Source: Podarcis muralis
Taxonomy: Eukaryota
Direction: 5' to 3'
Assembly (NCBI RefSeq): GCF_964188315.1
Contig: NC_135659.1
Span: forward strand, 101,060,001-101,124,000
DNA length: 64,000 bases
Of this stretch, positions 43,907 to 54,484 are shown one piece after another. The position numbers were made by a program, and so were the translations under genes. The notes under the pieces are model-generated. The model made no database searches. It was not told where the DNA came from and saw nothing but the letters and a program-made list of their open reading frames with translations. Within the stretch, counting starts at the first letter, position 1, and each line of letters starts with the position of its first letter.

Positions 43907-45309
43907 ATCAGAGTTTTTAGGGGGCTAACCAGGTTGGGATAGCTGGGATAGCAGGCTGGTTGGGTTTTGAATGTCTTATGTAGATTTTTCAATTTCGTTG
44001 TTCTGTATGGGACAAATGACAATAAAGATTATCGTATCATATCGTAAATGACCTGTGAGGTGGCGCAGTTCTTCTTGTTTTAAAGGAATTCTCCACAGGA
44101 GGAAAGGAATCTTCCATAGGGAGTTAACCCCCAGCTCTCTTACTGTGCATTGCTCACGCCCCAATCTTCTCCCCGCCGCTTCTTTTCCACAGGAAGGAAG
44201 GAATCTCCCTCTTGCCTGGAATTTGGGCCACACCCCCTGACCTCCTTGGCTGCAGGTGTGTTTTGAACAAGCCAGGCTGGCCCAGCGACAAACGCCAAAG
44301 GAAATCAGGCAGTCAAGCGAGTTTGATGAAGAAGGTGGGTCCTTGGCCTCGCAGAAGGGCTCTTGTCTTGTGTACCAGGGAAATCAGGTCAGAATGTGCA
44401 GGGAACATTATGTTTCCATAACCGGAACTTGCACACAGCTCAGAGTTCTTCCCAAACGCCGGCGAAATGCTCTTGTCAAAGTGCATATACTGTATTTTTC
44501 CGTGTATAAGACTATATTTTTGCCTAAACTTTGGAAGTTTAAAATAAGGGGTCGTCTTATACATGGAGAGTGCAGTGCGTTTTCTTAAGTTTGAGTCCCC
44601 CAAAATAGGGGGCGTCTTATACACGGAAAAATGCGGTAATACTTATTTCATTTCTTTGCTACTTTTCCACTCGCGAAAAAATAATGCTCAAAGAGACATG
44701 CAGCAGAGAAAACCAAAATGCATTTCAACACCAAAGAGTGCAAAAAGAATTTCCTAATGACATATCAAAACAACTCAATAGCAAATATAATAACATGGGG
44801 GGAAACAATACTACAGAACTATAAATGTAACAAGATTGCATAAACAGCTTTCAGCATCCGGTAACAAAAATAGCAAGGGAGCTTGACAGTTTCCCCTTGG
44901 TCTGGAGACATCTCCTGCCATGCTGTTCCTCACAGCCCCTCTCCTGCAGATGGAGGCTTCAGCTGAGATTCCTGCATTGCAGGGGGTTGCCTAGATGACC
45001 TTTGGAGGTCCCTTCCAACGCTACGATTCTATGATGTCTCTCCAATATGAGGAGTTTTACAGATTTATGTAAAAATGTTAGAAGCTCCTGGCTGCATCCT
45101 CTTCTCACGGTGGCCAGCTGGATGCCAGTTCTGGGAAACCTGCAAACAGGAATTGAGCACAAGATCCCTCTCCCTTCCTCCAGTTTCCAGCTCACCAACT
45201 GCGGAGGCACAGCAGAGCCACCCTGGCCAGGAGCCCTCCAGAGCCCTCTCCTCCTCCACGAATTGGCCTGATCCTCTTTCAAAGCCATCCAAGTTGGTGG
45301 CCCTTAAAA

Positions 45310-45889
45310 TAAAAAAAATTAAGGTCTTAATAAATGTTCATAAATGTACCAAGCAAACATGTACATAAATATATACACCACATGTCTGAAGCAGCACAGG
45401 AAAACAGCCCTGGAACCATCTTGACTCCCAAACTGACCAAATGTTTTCTCTGCAAGGTCAAAGGAAAATGGAAAAGCCTCCCCATTGTCTTTTCCTTCAC
45501 AAATCCTGTCTTAAGGGTATGTCTGTGTATGAATAGGGTGTGAGCCTGTGATCTGGCTCAGGAGGTAAACAATGCACTCAGATTTCTGTTGTAGACCGCC
45601 CTTTCTGTGATGTATGTATGATGTTTCTGGGGGTGGTCTTGGACTCCATGGGAGGCAATTTAAAATGTCTATATAAGGGTGGACACACCTTGGTTCGGGG
45701 TCCTCCTCCTGCGTGTGAGGGGAGCACCCTGTTGCAACAGATCAATAAAGATCAGGCTTACAAGCTGCTTCTCCATATTCTCTGGTTGGCCTCTGTTCTT
45801 TTCTCCGGCCGATGGAGAACCTGCAAAGGACTCTCTAAGGGCTCTTGTGTCCCCCATAAGGAAATAAGGGCAGATTTACGTTTATTACA
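45310..45889 (+). mobile_element. Solo LTR, family 1
   Basis: TATA (TCTATATAAG) near 45669, AATAAA near 45744; 5' end eroded. Confidence 0.8.
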
Positions 45890-47262
45890 CCCTGATGACT
45901 TGCTTGTGGAAGCAAATCCCCCTGTTTAGTTCTGTGCTGCATGAAGAGGTCATTTCTTTTCTCTGTCCTGAATCTCCTGACATTCATTGGGCTCCCCTCA
46001 GTTCCCATGTCAGGAGAGAGGGAGGAAAACTTCTCTCTATCCACTGCAGGAATTTGAAACTTCTATCATGCGGCCTCTGGCTCACCCTTCCCCTGAACGA
46101 AAAAGTCCCAAACATGGCAAAGAGGAGCCACTCTGTCCCCCTTATTCAGCACAGAAAGATTGGGAGGGCCAGGTCTTTTTGGGAAATGGAGTCTTGATAG
46201 CACAAGGATGGAAGAACGAGGAAAATCCCAACAAAAGAACAGTGGCAAGAGAAATTGATGAACTATGCAGAACTGGCAAAACTGACATACAAACTGCGAG
46301 ACAAGGACAACTGTGACTTCAAAGAAGAAGGGGAACTTTTTACAAACTACCTAAAAAGACAACAAAATGAATTGGACTCCATGGCAGGTTTTGAATAAAC
46401 ATACACAAATTTATTGATTGTTAATATATTAGATAGATAATATAAGGATTTATACATTTTTACAGTATGCAGAGAACAATATGTGATGAGAAATCAGAGA
46501 AAGGAGCTGAGGGAAGTCGGAGGGGGGGGGAGGGAGGTCTTGATAATAATAATAATAATTTATTATTTATACCCGCCCATCTGGCTGGGCTTCCCCAGCC
46601 ACTCTGGGCGGCTTCCAAAAAATATATTAAAATACTGTACTATATCATAGGGAGGCGGGAAAGAAAAAGGGGGGAAATAATGAATATAATATGTTTTGAT
46701 ATTTTGATATGTTGAAATTGTTAATTAAAAAAAAAAACTTTTTTAAAATGGAGTCCATTTTCCACAGGGCCAACTCCAGGTTTGAGGAGCCTTTGGCAAG
46801 GTGGCCTTTGTGGGGGTCCTCTAAGTCTCTGCCCCCTCCACCTGCTTCAGGCGGAGGCTCAGCTGCAGGCAGAAGTTTCTGGAAGGGCGCCCGAGAACCT
46901 CTTAACATGCGCTGATTTGCATGGGTCCGCTGAACCCCTATTGCCCCAAATATTCTCTCAAGACATTCCTAGCCTTTCCACAGCCATCCTAAGTGCACCC
47001 AAAAAGGAGGCAGAAGTTAAGGAGGGAAGGAGGAACCAGCTGAGTGACAGCTGACAGGGAGGGTGGAGGCAGGAGGAGGCCACCCAGGGACAAGGTTGTT
47101 TAACCAACAGTGAAGCTCAACATTCACAAAGGAAGCTGTAGGAGGCGAGTCAGATCATTGTGATTGACGAGTGTAAGAGCCTGCTGGATCAGGCCCAAGC
47201 CCCTTCTGGCCAGCCCTCTGGTCTCACAGCAGCCAACTCCGAAAGCAGGACCTTCAAGATGC

Positions 47263-47790
47263 TGTAATAAATGGAAATCTGCTCTTATTCCTTTATGGGG
47301 GACACAAGAGCCCTTATAGAGTCCTTACATGGGTTCCCTATTGGTAGGAGAAAATAACAGAGGCCACCCAGAGAATATTGAGAAGCAAAGCAGCTCGTAA
47401 GCTTGACCTTTATTGATCCGTTGCAACAGGGTGCTCTCCTCACCAGCAGGAAAGGAGGAGGACCCAGAACCCAGGTGTGTCCGCCCTTATATAGACATTT
47501 TAAATTGCCCGCCCTGGAGTCCAAGACCACCCCCAGATACATCATACCTACATCACAGAAAGGGTGGTCTACAGCAGAAATCTGAGTGCCTTGTTTATCT
47601 CCTGTCTGGCAGGTTACCTGTTAATGCTCACTTGATTGGATTGCCTGGGGAGCCTGGCCAGTCTTTTGTAATGACAAATACTTAGTTCCTGAGCCAGGTC
47701 ACAAGCTCACCCTATTCATACAAAGACATTTGCTTGGTACATTTATAAACACTTATTATATATATAAGACCTTTTTTTTTTCCAATGCAC
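47263..47790 (-). mobile_element. Solo LTR, family 1, internally deleted
   Basis: Reverse-complement homolog of 45310-45889. Confidence 0.8.
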
Positions 47791-48012
47791 ATGACAACTG
47801 AAAGGGAAGGGAGAAGAGAGCTCCCCCATCTAGAAGCCACTAGGGACCCTTATCCTCTTCTGTGAATTTGTCCAATTCTCTTTTAAGCCATCAAGTTGGC
47901 CATCAACGCCTCCTGTGGGAGGGAGTCCCATGGATTAACTAGGAGCTGTGTGAACAATCACTTTCTTTTCTCTGTCCCGAATCTTCCCATGGTCAGCTTC
48001 ACTGGGTGGCCA

Positions 48013-48076
48013 TGTTGTAAACAAAAACTGCCCTTTTCCCTTACCATATATCTAAGACCATAAAATTCCTATTACA
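48013..48076 (-). mobile_element. 64-bp LTR relic (both termini only), family 1
   Basis: TGTTGTAAACAAAAACTGCCCTTTTCCCTTA joined to CCATATATCTAAGACCATAAAATTCCTATTACA; TSD GCCA. Confidence 0.8.
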
Positions 48077-48428
48077 GCCACGAGTTCAAGTGCTGGGAGG
48101 AGAAAAACTATTCTCCAAGCACAATATTATTTATAGAGGCTCACTGGTGTACCCTGTTGAAGTGTGGTGAGGCAGCACGGTGTAGTGGTTAGAGCGTCAG
48201 ACTAAGACCTGGGAAACCAGGGTTTGAGCCTCCACCTGGCCATGAAGCTTTTAATATTTGATGAATCATTGTATTTAATTATTTTGCTGGAAGCTGCCCA
48301 GAGTGGCTGGGGAAACCCAGCCAGATGGACCGGGTATAAATACTAAATAATAATAATAATAATAATAATAGCTCATCGGGGGTGACCTTGGGCCAGTCCC
48401 TCCCTTTCAGCCTAACCTCCTTCACAGG

Positions 48429-48650
48429 TACAGATAGGTAGCCGTGTTGGTCTGCCATAGTCAAAACAAAAAAAATTCCTTCCAGTAGCACCTTAAAGAC
48501 CAACTACAGTAAGTTAGTTCTTGGTATGAGCTTTCGTGTGCATGCACACTTCTGAAGAAGTGTATCTGAAGAAGTGTGCATGCACACGAAAGCTCATACC
48601 AAGAACTAACTTAGTTGGTCTTTAAGGTGCTACTGGAAGGAATTTTTTTT
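48429..48650. mobile_element. Palindromic Penelope-like element, copy B
   Basis: Inverted arms; TSD CTCCTTCACAGG at 48417-48428 and 48651-48662; inserted in a tRNA-derived SINE. Confidence 0.8.
48562..48599 (+). ncRNA. Minimal type I hammerhead ribozyme (Penelope-type), copy B
   Basis: GUAU-CUGAAGA-A-GUGUG(CAUG)CACAC-GAAA-GC-UC/AUAC; predicted cleavage between 48595 and 48596. Confidence 0.8.
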
Positions 48651-48939
48651 CTCCTTCACAGGGTTATTGTGAGGATTCATCGAGGAGGGGGAGACTCTCC
48701 TGGAGCTCCTTGGAGATGACATACAAATGCAATAAGATAAATAAATTTAGAGAAAAACAATCCAAGGTTTAGGGCACTTCGAATGACCCATTTATTGCTG
48801 CGTAGGTTTTTGTGGCCGACGGTCCGGCTCCCCAGCTTCCTGCCCTTCTGCCATAAGGAAGCTTCTGCTTCTATTTTCCAGGCGTCACCAGAGAGTGACT
48901 GATCTTAGGGGGAAAAGGCAGGTAAGTCACGGAAGGTGA

Positions 48940-49900
48940 GCAAACGCACCTCGAGCCCCGGGGGTCCCTCCTTCCCATCAGGAGCGCCCGCTTGGCCCCG
49001 GGCCCGTGGGTGCCAGGCGGCGCGCACGGCCCTGGCACTGAATTCTTGTGGGTGCCCGGCCCCTTGGTGGGGAATTTGGTGGGTGCTGGGGGCACCCGGG
49101 GAATCGTCGCCTGCGCTTCCAGCCCTGCGGCTCCGCGCCACGGAATTCCTTTGTTGCCTTTGCGCTGCGCCCTCTCCAAATCTCAGGGCGCGTCTGTGAT
49201 TTCTCCGCGCCGTCTCCAAGGGGCGCCTCGGGGAAGGGAGCCCGCCGGGGCGCACGCCTCTCCGGCTCCCGGGCGGCGGGGGCGGCGCTTCCTTCCCGGC
49301 GCGCGGGGGGAGCCGAGGGAGAGGCCGGCCACGGAGAGCCGGGAGGCGGCGGCTGGAGGAGGAGGAGGAGCCGCCGCAGCCCGAGCGGCCATCGCAGGAG
49401 GAGGAGGACGGAGACGCCGGCGCCCCCAGCCGCCTTTGCCTCCAGGTGAGCGGCCACTCCCTGCTCGCCAAGAGCCTGGGGGGGACCGGGCGGGGGTCCC
49501 GCAGCCCGGCCCCCCCAGCTGGGCTTCATCCTCGGCGGGGCGAGCTGCAAGCGCGCTTCCTCCGGGCATGTGCAGAGCGCGCATCCCTTTGCGCGCAATC
49601 TTCCTCGCCGCTGGGGAGTCCTCGCCCGCCGAGCCCCCGGACCTTTTTCCCGGACGGGGCCGCGGCTTCGGGCCTGCGATGGGTGGGGCTGCGAGAAAGG
49701 GGCCCCGGGGCATGTGCAGAGTGCCCCCTGCCGACTGACCCTACGCGCTTTCCGGGGCGGAGGGTTTCCAGGGCAGGGCTGCGCCCCTGCGCCTTTGGCA
49801 ATACCTGCCAAAGAAAGTGGGGCGGGGGGGGTGGCTTGCGCCCCCCCCCTGCTCTCTTGTACCTGGTGGGGGAGAGAGGGCAAGGCCCGCCTTGGCACCT
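48940..49900 (+). promoter_or_regulatory. SNX21 CpG island
   Basis: Very GC- and CpG-rich segment containing the first-exon donor. Boundaries approximate. Confidence 0.75.
49200..49445 (+). other. SNX21: Probable non-coding first exon of SNX21 (5' end approximate)
   Basis: Lies in a CpG island and ends at the consensus donor CCAG|GTGAGC (GT at 49446). The acceptor at 53998 requires an upstream exon. Confidence 0.65.
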
Positions 49901-50538
49901 GCCGCCCCAGAGCAAGAGGGGCTGGGCTTTCATGTGTTTTATTTACTGTTTATGACTTTTGATACGTTGGCAATTATGTAAAACTTGTCATGTTGTCAGC
50001 CGCCTTGAGCGTTGTTTTAACCATGGAAAGGCGGCATGCAAGTAAAATGATGATGATGGGCTGGAAGAGCCGGGTGTGCCCTGCCTCACCTGCGGGTGCC
50101 CTGCGGCTGAGGCACCTTGGCATCACGTCGAGGCCCCAGGTTGCCCCTGTGGGTGCTCAGTGCCCAGCTGCTCCCTTGGGACAAGAACCGCGAAACCTCT
50201 GGGGACGGGAGGGCGCTGAGTGCCAGCCTTGTTTTGCTCTTCCTCGCTGGGTGTGCATGGGACGGGCATTCTCCCATGCCAAGGAGGACGCCTCAGGCTA
50301 CCTCTGGCATGCAGCTACTGCTGCTTCTCTCCCTTCCTTCTATATCCAGTACCCTCTGCAGAGAGGCCCTCTCTCTGGCTTTCAAAACAAAGGGCAGAAA
50401 AGCCCCACAACTGCGTTGGCAGCATGAAGAGAAATTAAGCAGTGTAAATAAGTTGTGATGGATGCAGTAATACTAATGTTTTAGTTTTTGTAAAAACGCA
50501 GGGATTTATGATATGTAAAATAAACCATGGAAAGAGAA

Positions 50539-50756
50539 ACAAAATTTAAAAATTCCTTCCAGTAGCTCCTTAGAGACCAACTAAGTTTGTTATTGGTATG
50601 AGCTTTCGTGTGCATGCACACTTCTTCAGATACACTTTGCATGCACACGAAAGCTCATACCAATAACAAACTGAGTTGGTCTCTAAGGTGCTACTAGAAG
50701 GATTTCCTTTTATTTTGTTTCGACTACGGCAGACCAACACGGCAGACCTACCTGTA
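50539..50756. mobile_element. Palindromic Penelope-like element, copy C
   Basis: Inverted arms; TSD CATGGAAAGAGAA at 50526-50538 and 50757-50769. Confidence 0.8.
50596..50633 (-). ncRNA. Minimal type I hammerhead ribozyme (Penelope-type), copy C
   Basis: Minus strand GUAU-CUGAAGA-A-GUGUG(CAUG)CACAC-GAAA-GC-UC/AUAC. Confidence 0.8.
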
Positions 50757-53700
50757 CATGGAAAGAGAAGTTATTGATATCCTAAAAAATGTAAAAATTA
50801 GTATTTTAAATTGTCAAACAGAAACTATGATGAGAGAGAGAAAAGCCCCACATACTAAAGATTCCTCATCTTGTTTCATTTTCTTGCATTGCATTTATAT
50901 CTCCAAGGAGCTCAAGGGTGTGTGCGTGGTCCCCCCCCTTCCCTGTTTAATCCCTGCAACAACCCAGTGAGGCGGGTCAGGCTGGGAGGCAGCGACTGGC
51001 CCCCAAGGCGAGCTTCATGGCTGTATTGGGCTTTGAGCCCTGGGCTCTCCCAAGTCCTAGTCCAACACTCTAACCGGCACGCTGCACTGGCTCTAATTAT
51101 TATGGGCTTTCAAAACCACTTTTTAGGGCACAGTTGCCCCTCCAAAATGGTGCACAAGGCACCATGAGAAACACAATGGTCACAAAATATTAAAAATTAA
51201 GCAATTGTCCAGTTAAGACCACGTCACACCCCCTTAAAATGGAGCAGCAATCAACAGCCATTATTAATAAAGCAGCAGTTAATGCAGAGCAGACTGAAAT
51301 GAAAATGGTTTGCATATTCTTGTCAAAAACTTCCAAAACAAGGCCGGCGGGGAGGGTTGCGCAAGAGCACCATTAAGTGCAGCGCAGCTGCTGCCACACA
51401 CCCCCCCCAGACCCTGACCCTCACATCTGGCAGCTTTCTTTCTCCTACAGGCAGGCCGGAGCCCAGGACTTCCTTGGCCGAACGCAAAAGCCCAGGCAGG
51501 CTTGTAGGGGGCACAGGGTGGGACAGGGCAAGCTGCAGCCCTCCAGATGTTGGCTGGGCTTGATGGGAGCGGGAGCCCAAAGAACATCTGCAGGGCCACA
51601 GGAGCCTCGCCCTAAAAGAGTTCAGGGCTTTAGAAGCCAAAATTTGAGCTTTAAATTGGGTTCCAAAATGAAGGAAGCAGCCCATGTAACTGTAGAGAAT
51701 TGGTGGGGCGCTTTGCTCCAACCAGCACCCTCGCTGCCATATTCCTGCTGTGGACTAGATGATCCTTGGGGGTCCCTTCCAGTTGAATCTGTGATGTTGG
51801 TGTTTCCAAAGGCAGAGTGGGCATCATAGTGTCCGGAGTGGGCACAAGGTAAGTCAGGATCTGCTGGTGGACCTCCGAGGGATTAACTGAGTTCTAATAG
51901 TATAAGCATAGTAAGTAAAAACTATATGAGGGCTATTCACTTTTCACCCCATGTTTCTTTCCCGTAAAATATGGATGCCAATTAGCTGCCTTGTCTTGAG
52001 AGTTTTGCATTCCAAATCCCTGAGCAGGTTCAAGTTTGGCAATTCTCTGTGCAGACAATTCCAGTGCATGGCTTATGGAGAACAGTAGCTAACGGGATCC
52101 ATTCCCCGAGAGACCTTTTTGCAGCTGGCTCTGGTTGGTAGATTGTGGAGTTTCAGCAAAACCACGGAGCAGATCCCACATGCTGGAAGTCTGTCTAGCC
52201 CTGTCTTAGAGTCACCCAGCCCAGATACAGACAGAGCAGGTATCAGAGAGAGCCCCGCTTTCTCCAGAAGCATCCCTGGCCACTGATTCCTGCCCCGAGA
52301 GTACCAAATCCAGGACCATCCCTAAACCATGTAACACCCCCATGCAACTCCCATGCAAGACAGGTTGCACAACTCCATCCAGATCAGTGCACCCACATCA
52401 GTGGGTTTCCCCACCCAAATCCATCCCCAAACAGCTCCAGAAACTTCTTGTTCTGAACTTCTATCGCCTCCCTGGCTTGACGGCAGAAACAAGTGGAGCT
52501 GCTTGTCACCTGCTGACAGGTGACACCGCAGCCCAGCAAACCTCCAGATGACTCACTCAGCCATTTCCCATAGGTCACTGGCTCCCAAAGTAGATAATAC
52601 TGCCCACTGGGGGGCTGGGGGGTTACCTAGGGGTGCCACGAGGCGAGGGAGCCAGCACCGGAGGTGGCGATTTAAGATGCCTGCCTGCTAAGAGACTTGA
52701 AACCAGACATTGGGAACCTGCGATCTCGTCATCGAGGCCACCCACCACATTAAGAATTTACTGAACAGTCGTTACTCCGTGTGGCACCTAAGACTCTTAA
52801 TCTCTCTCAGACTTTGAAAAGCTGATCTCCCTGGATCAAGTTCATCAGTTTTGTTGAATCAATTGAACTAAATTTTGTCCCAAGACCAAAGCAGTTTCAG
52901 TCTTCACTTAGCAAGCGTTTATACTCAATATGTTTATTTTGAGATTTTGTGCTGTCTTTTTCTGCATAAGGGGTGTCTCTTAAGCTTTGTGGGAGCAGCT
53001 TGAGGAATCTGTTAGGGTCCCTTCCTTAGCTCCCCACCACAGGCCCATAGAGCAAGAGGACTGAGGTGGGTCACAAAGGAAGTGCCACAGAATGGCCTAT
53101 GGGCCAAGACTTCATACAGGTCTTTGTCAGTCCAACCTGGAGAGCTGTCTCTGAAGTTTGTCCACGGCTGGTGCCTTACTCCACAATTTCTCTCCTTTGT
53201 GCATCCAGGTACATCTTCACTGTGTTGGAGGGGCAGCCGTGTAGTTGGTACCTAGAAGCACATGTGGTGGGGCTGCTCAAACGTGGCTGAATTTTGGAAA
53301 GAGCTGTTTGCCAAGTTCTCTTAGATAACGAAACAAACTATTACTCCCATCTTTCCACCTGGTGCTTTGGAGCCTGCATGTGGAAACAGAACGGGAGTCG
53401 AAAAGTACTTACTTCGCATCTCTTAACAGCAGGCTGGGAAGACCTTTAATCTTAATAGTTTGGATTGCTGGTATTCAAGAGTTTGGCAAACGGCCCTTCT
53501 TGAGTATCTAAAAGGCAGAGTTTGGATCACCGTTTGTGAAATGTATGGCATGGTCTTACTTCTTACAGAGATATTGCAGCATGTGGAAGCTCAGTGCCAT
53601 CAGTACATGCATCTGTCTGGCTCATTTAGGACTATGTAGAACCTTCATACCCAATAATGATGGAACTCACAGGCAGAGAATACTTTTACTGTTATGAATC

Positions 53701-54018
53701 TTTATTATTTGCGAAGGGAATCTTTGTACGAGTCCATACTTTTACTACCCCCCTTTGAAGCTGTGCTGGGTCTTTGTACTTTGTCCTTTTGGGGTGTGAC
53801 GCTTTATGGGCTTAAATCTTTGTTTTCTTTTTGTTACATTTTCACTTTTTGTGTGTGTTGAGAAGCCAATAGTATATATAAGGAAGTGCTAAAGAGGGAA
53901 GCAGAGAAACTGGGCTCCACTGGGGAAACCCCTGCCCCATGGCGTGGGGGGGGGGGAGGCCTGCTGAGAGTGACCCAACTGCCTCTTCTTCCCTGCAGGG
54001 CTCCCCCCTGGCATCTCC

Positions 54019-54442
54019 ATGGCCTCCCGCATCCTGCACCGCCTGCGGCATGCCCTGACCGGAGAGGGCGAGCATGACGGCCTGGCAGGCTGCAGCTCGG
54101 AAGCGGAAGAGTTCCCAGAAAGCTCCGAGCTGGAGGATGACACCGAGGGCCTCTCCACGCGGCTCAGTGGGACGCTGAGCTTCACCAGCAACGATGAGGA
54201 GGAGGAGGGAGAGGAAGAGGACGATGAGGACATTGGCGTGGCTGGGCAAGGGCAACCCCCAGAGCCAGACCTGCTGGGCGAAGACACGGAGGACGCTGGT
54301 AGGGCCCTGGAGCCGGCAGCAGGGAGGGTGGTTTGCAGGCACATGGTCAGTGTGCAGGTGCATAGGAGAGCACATTGGGCAGGGGCTTGCAGTTAAGGGA
54401 ACTGCCTGCACCCGAAACGGGAAGGAGCCAAGGGGCCCTCTC

Positions 54443-54484
<42 letters not shown>

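Noticed and set aside
45892-45920. Hammerhead-like CTGATGA followed by a hairpin (TTGCTT-GTGG-AAGCAA)
   Set aside because: No GAAA after the stem and no stem I or III; the core is incomplete.
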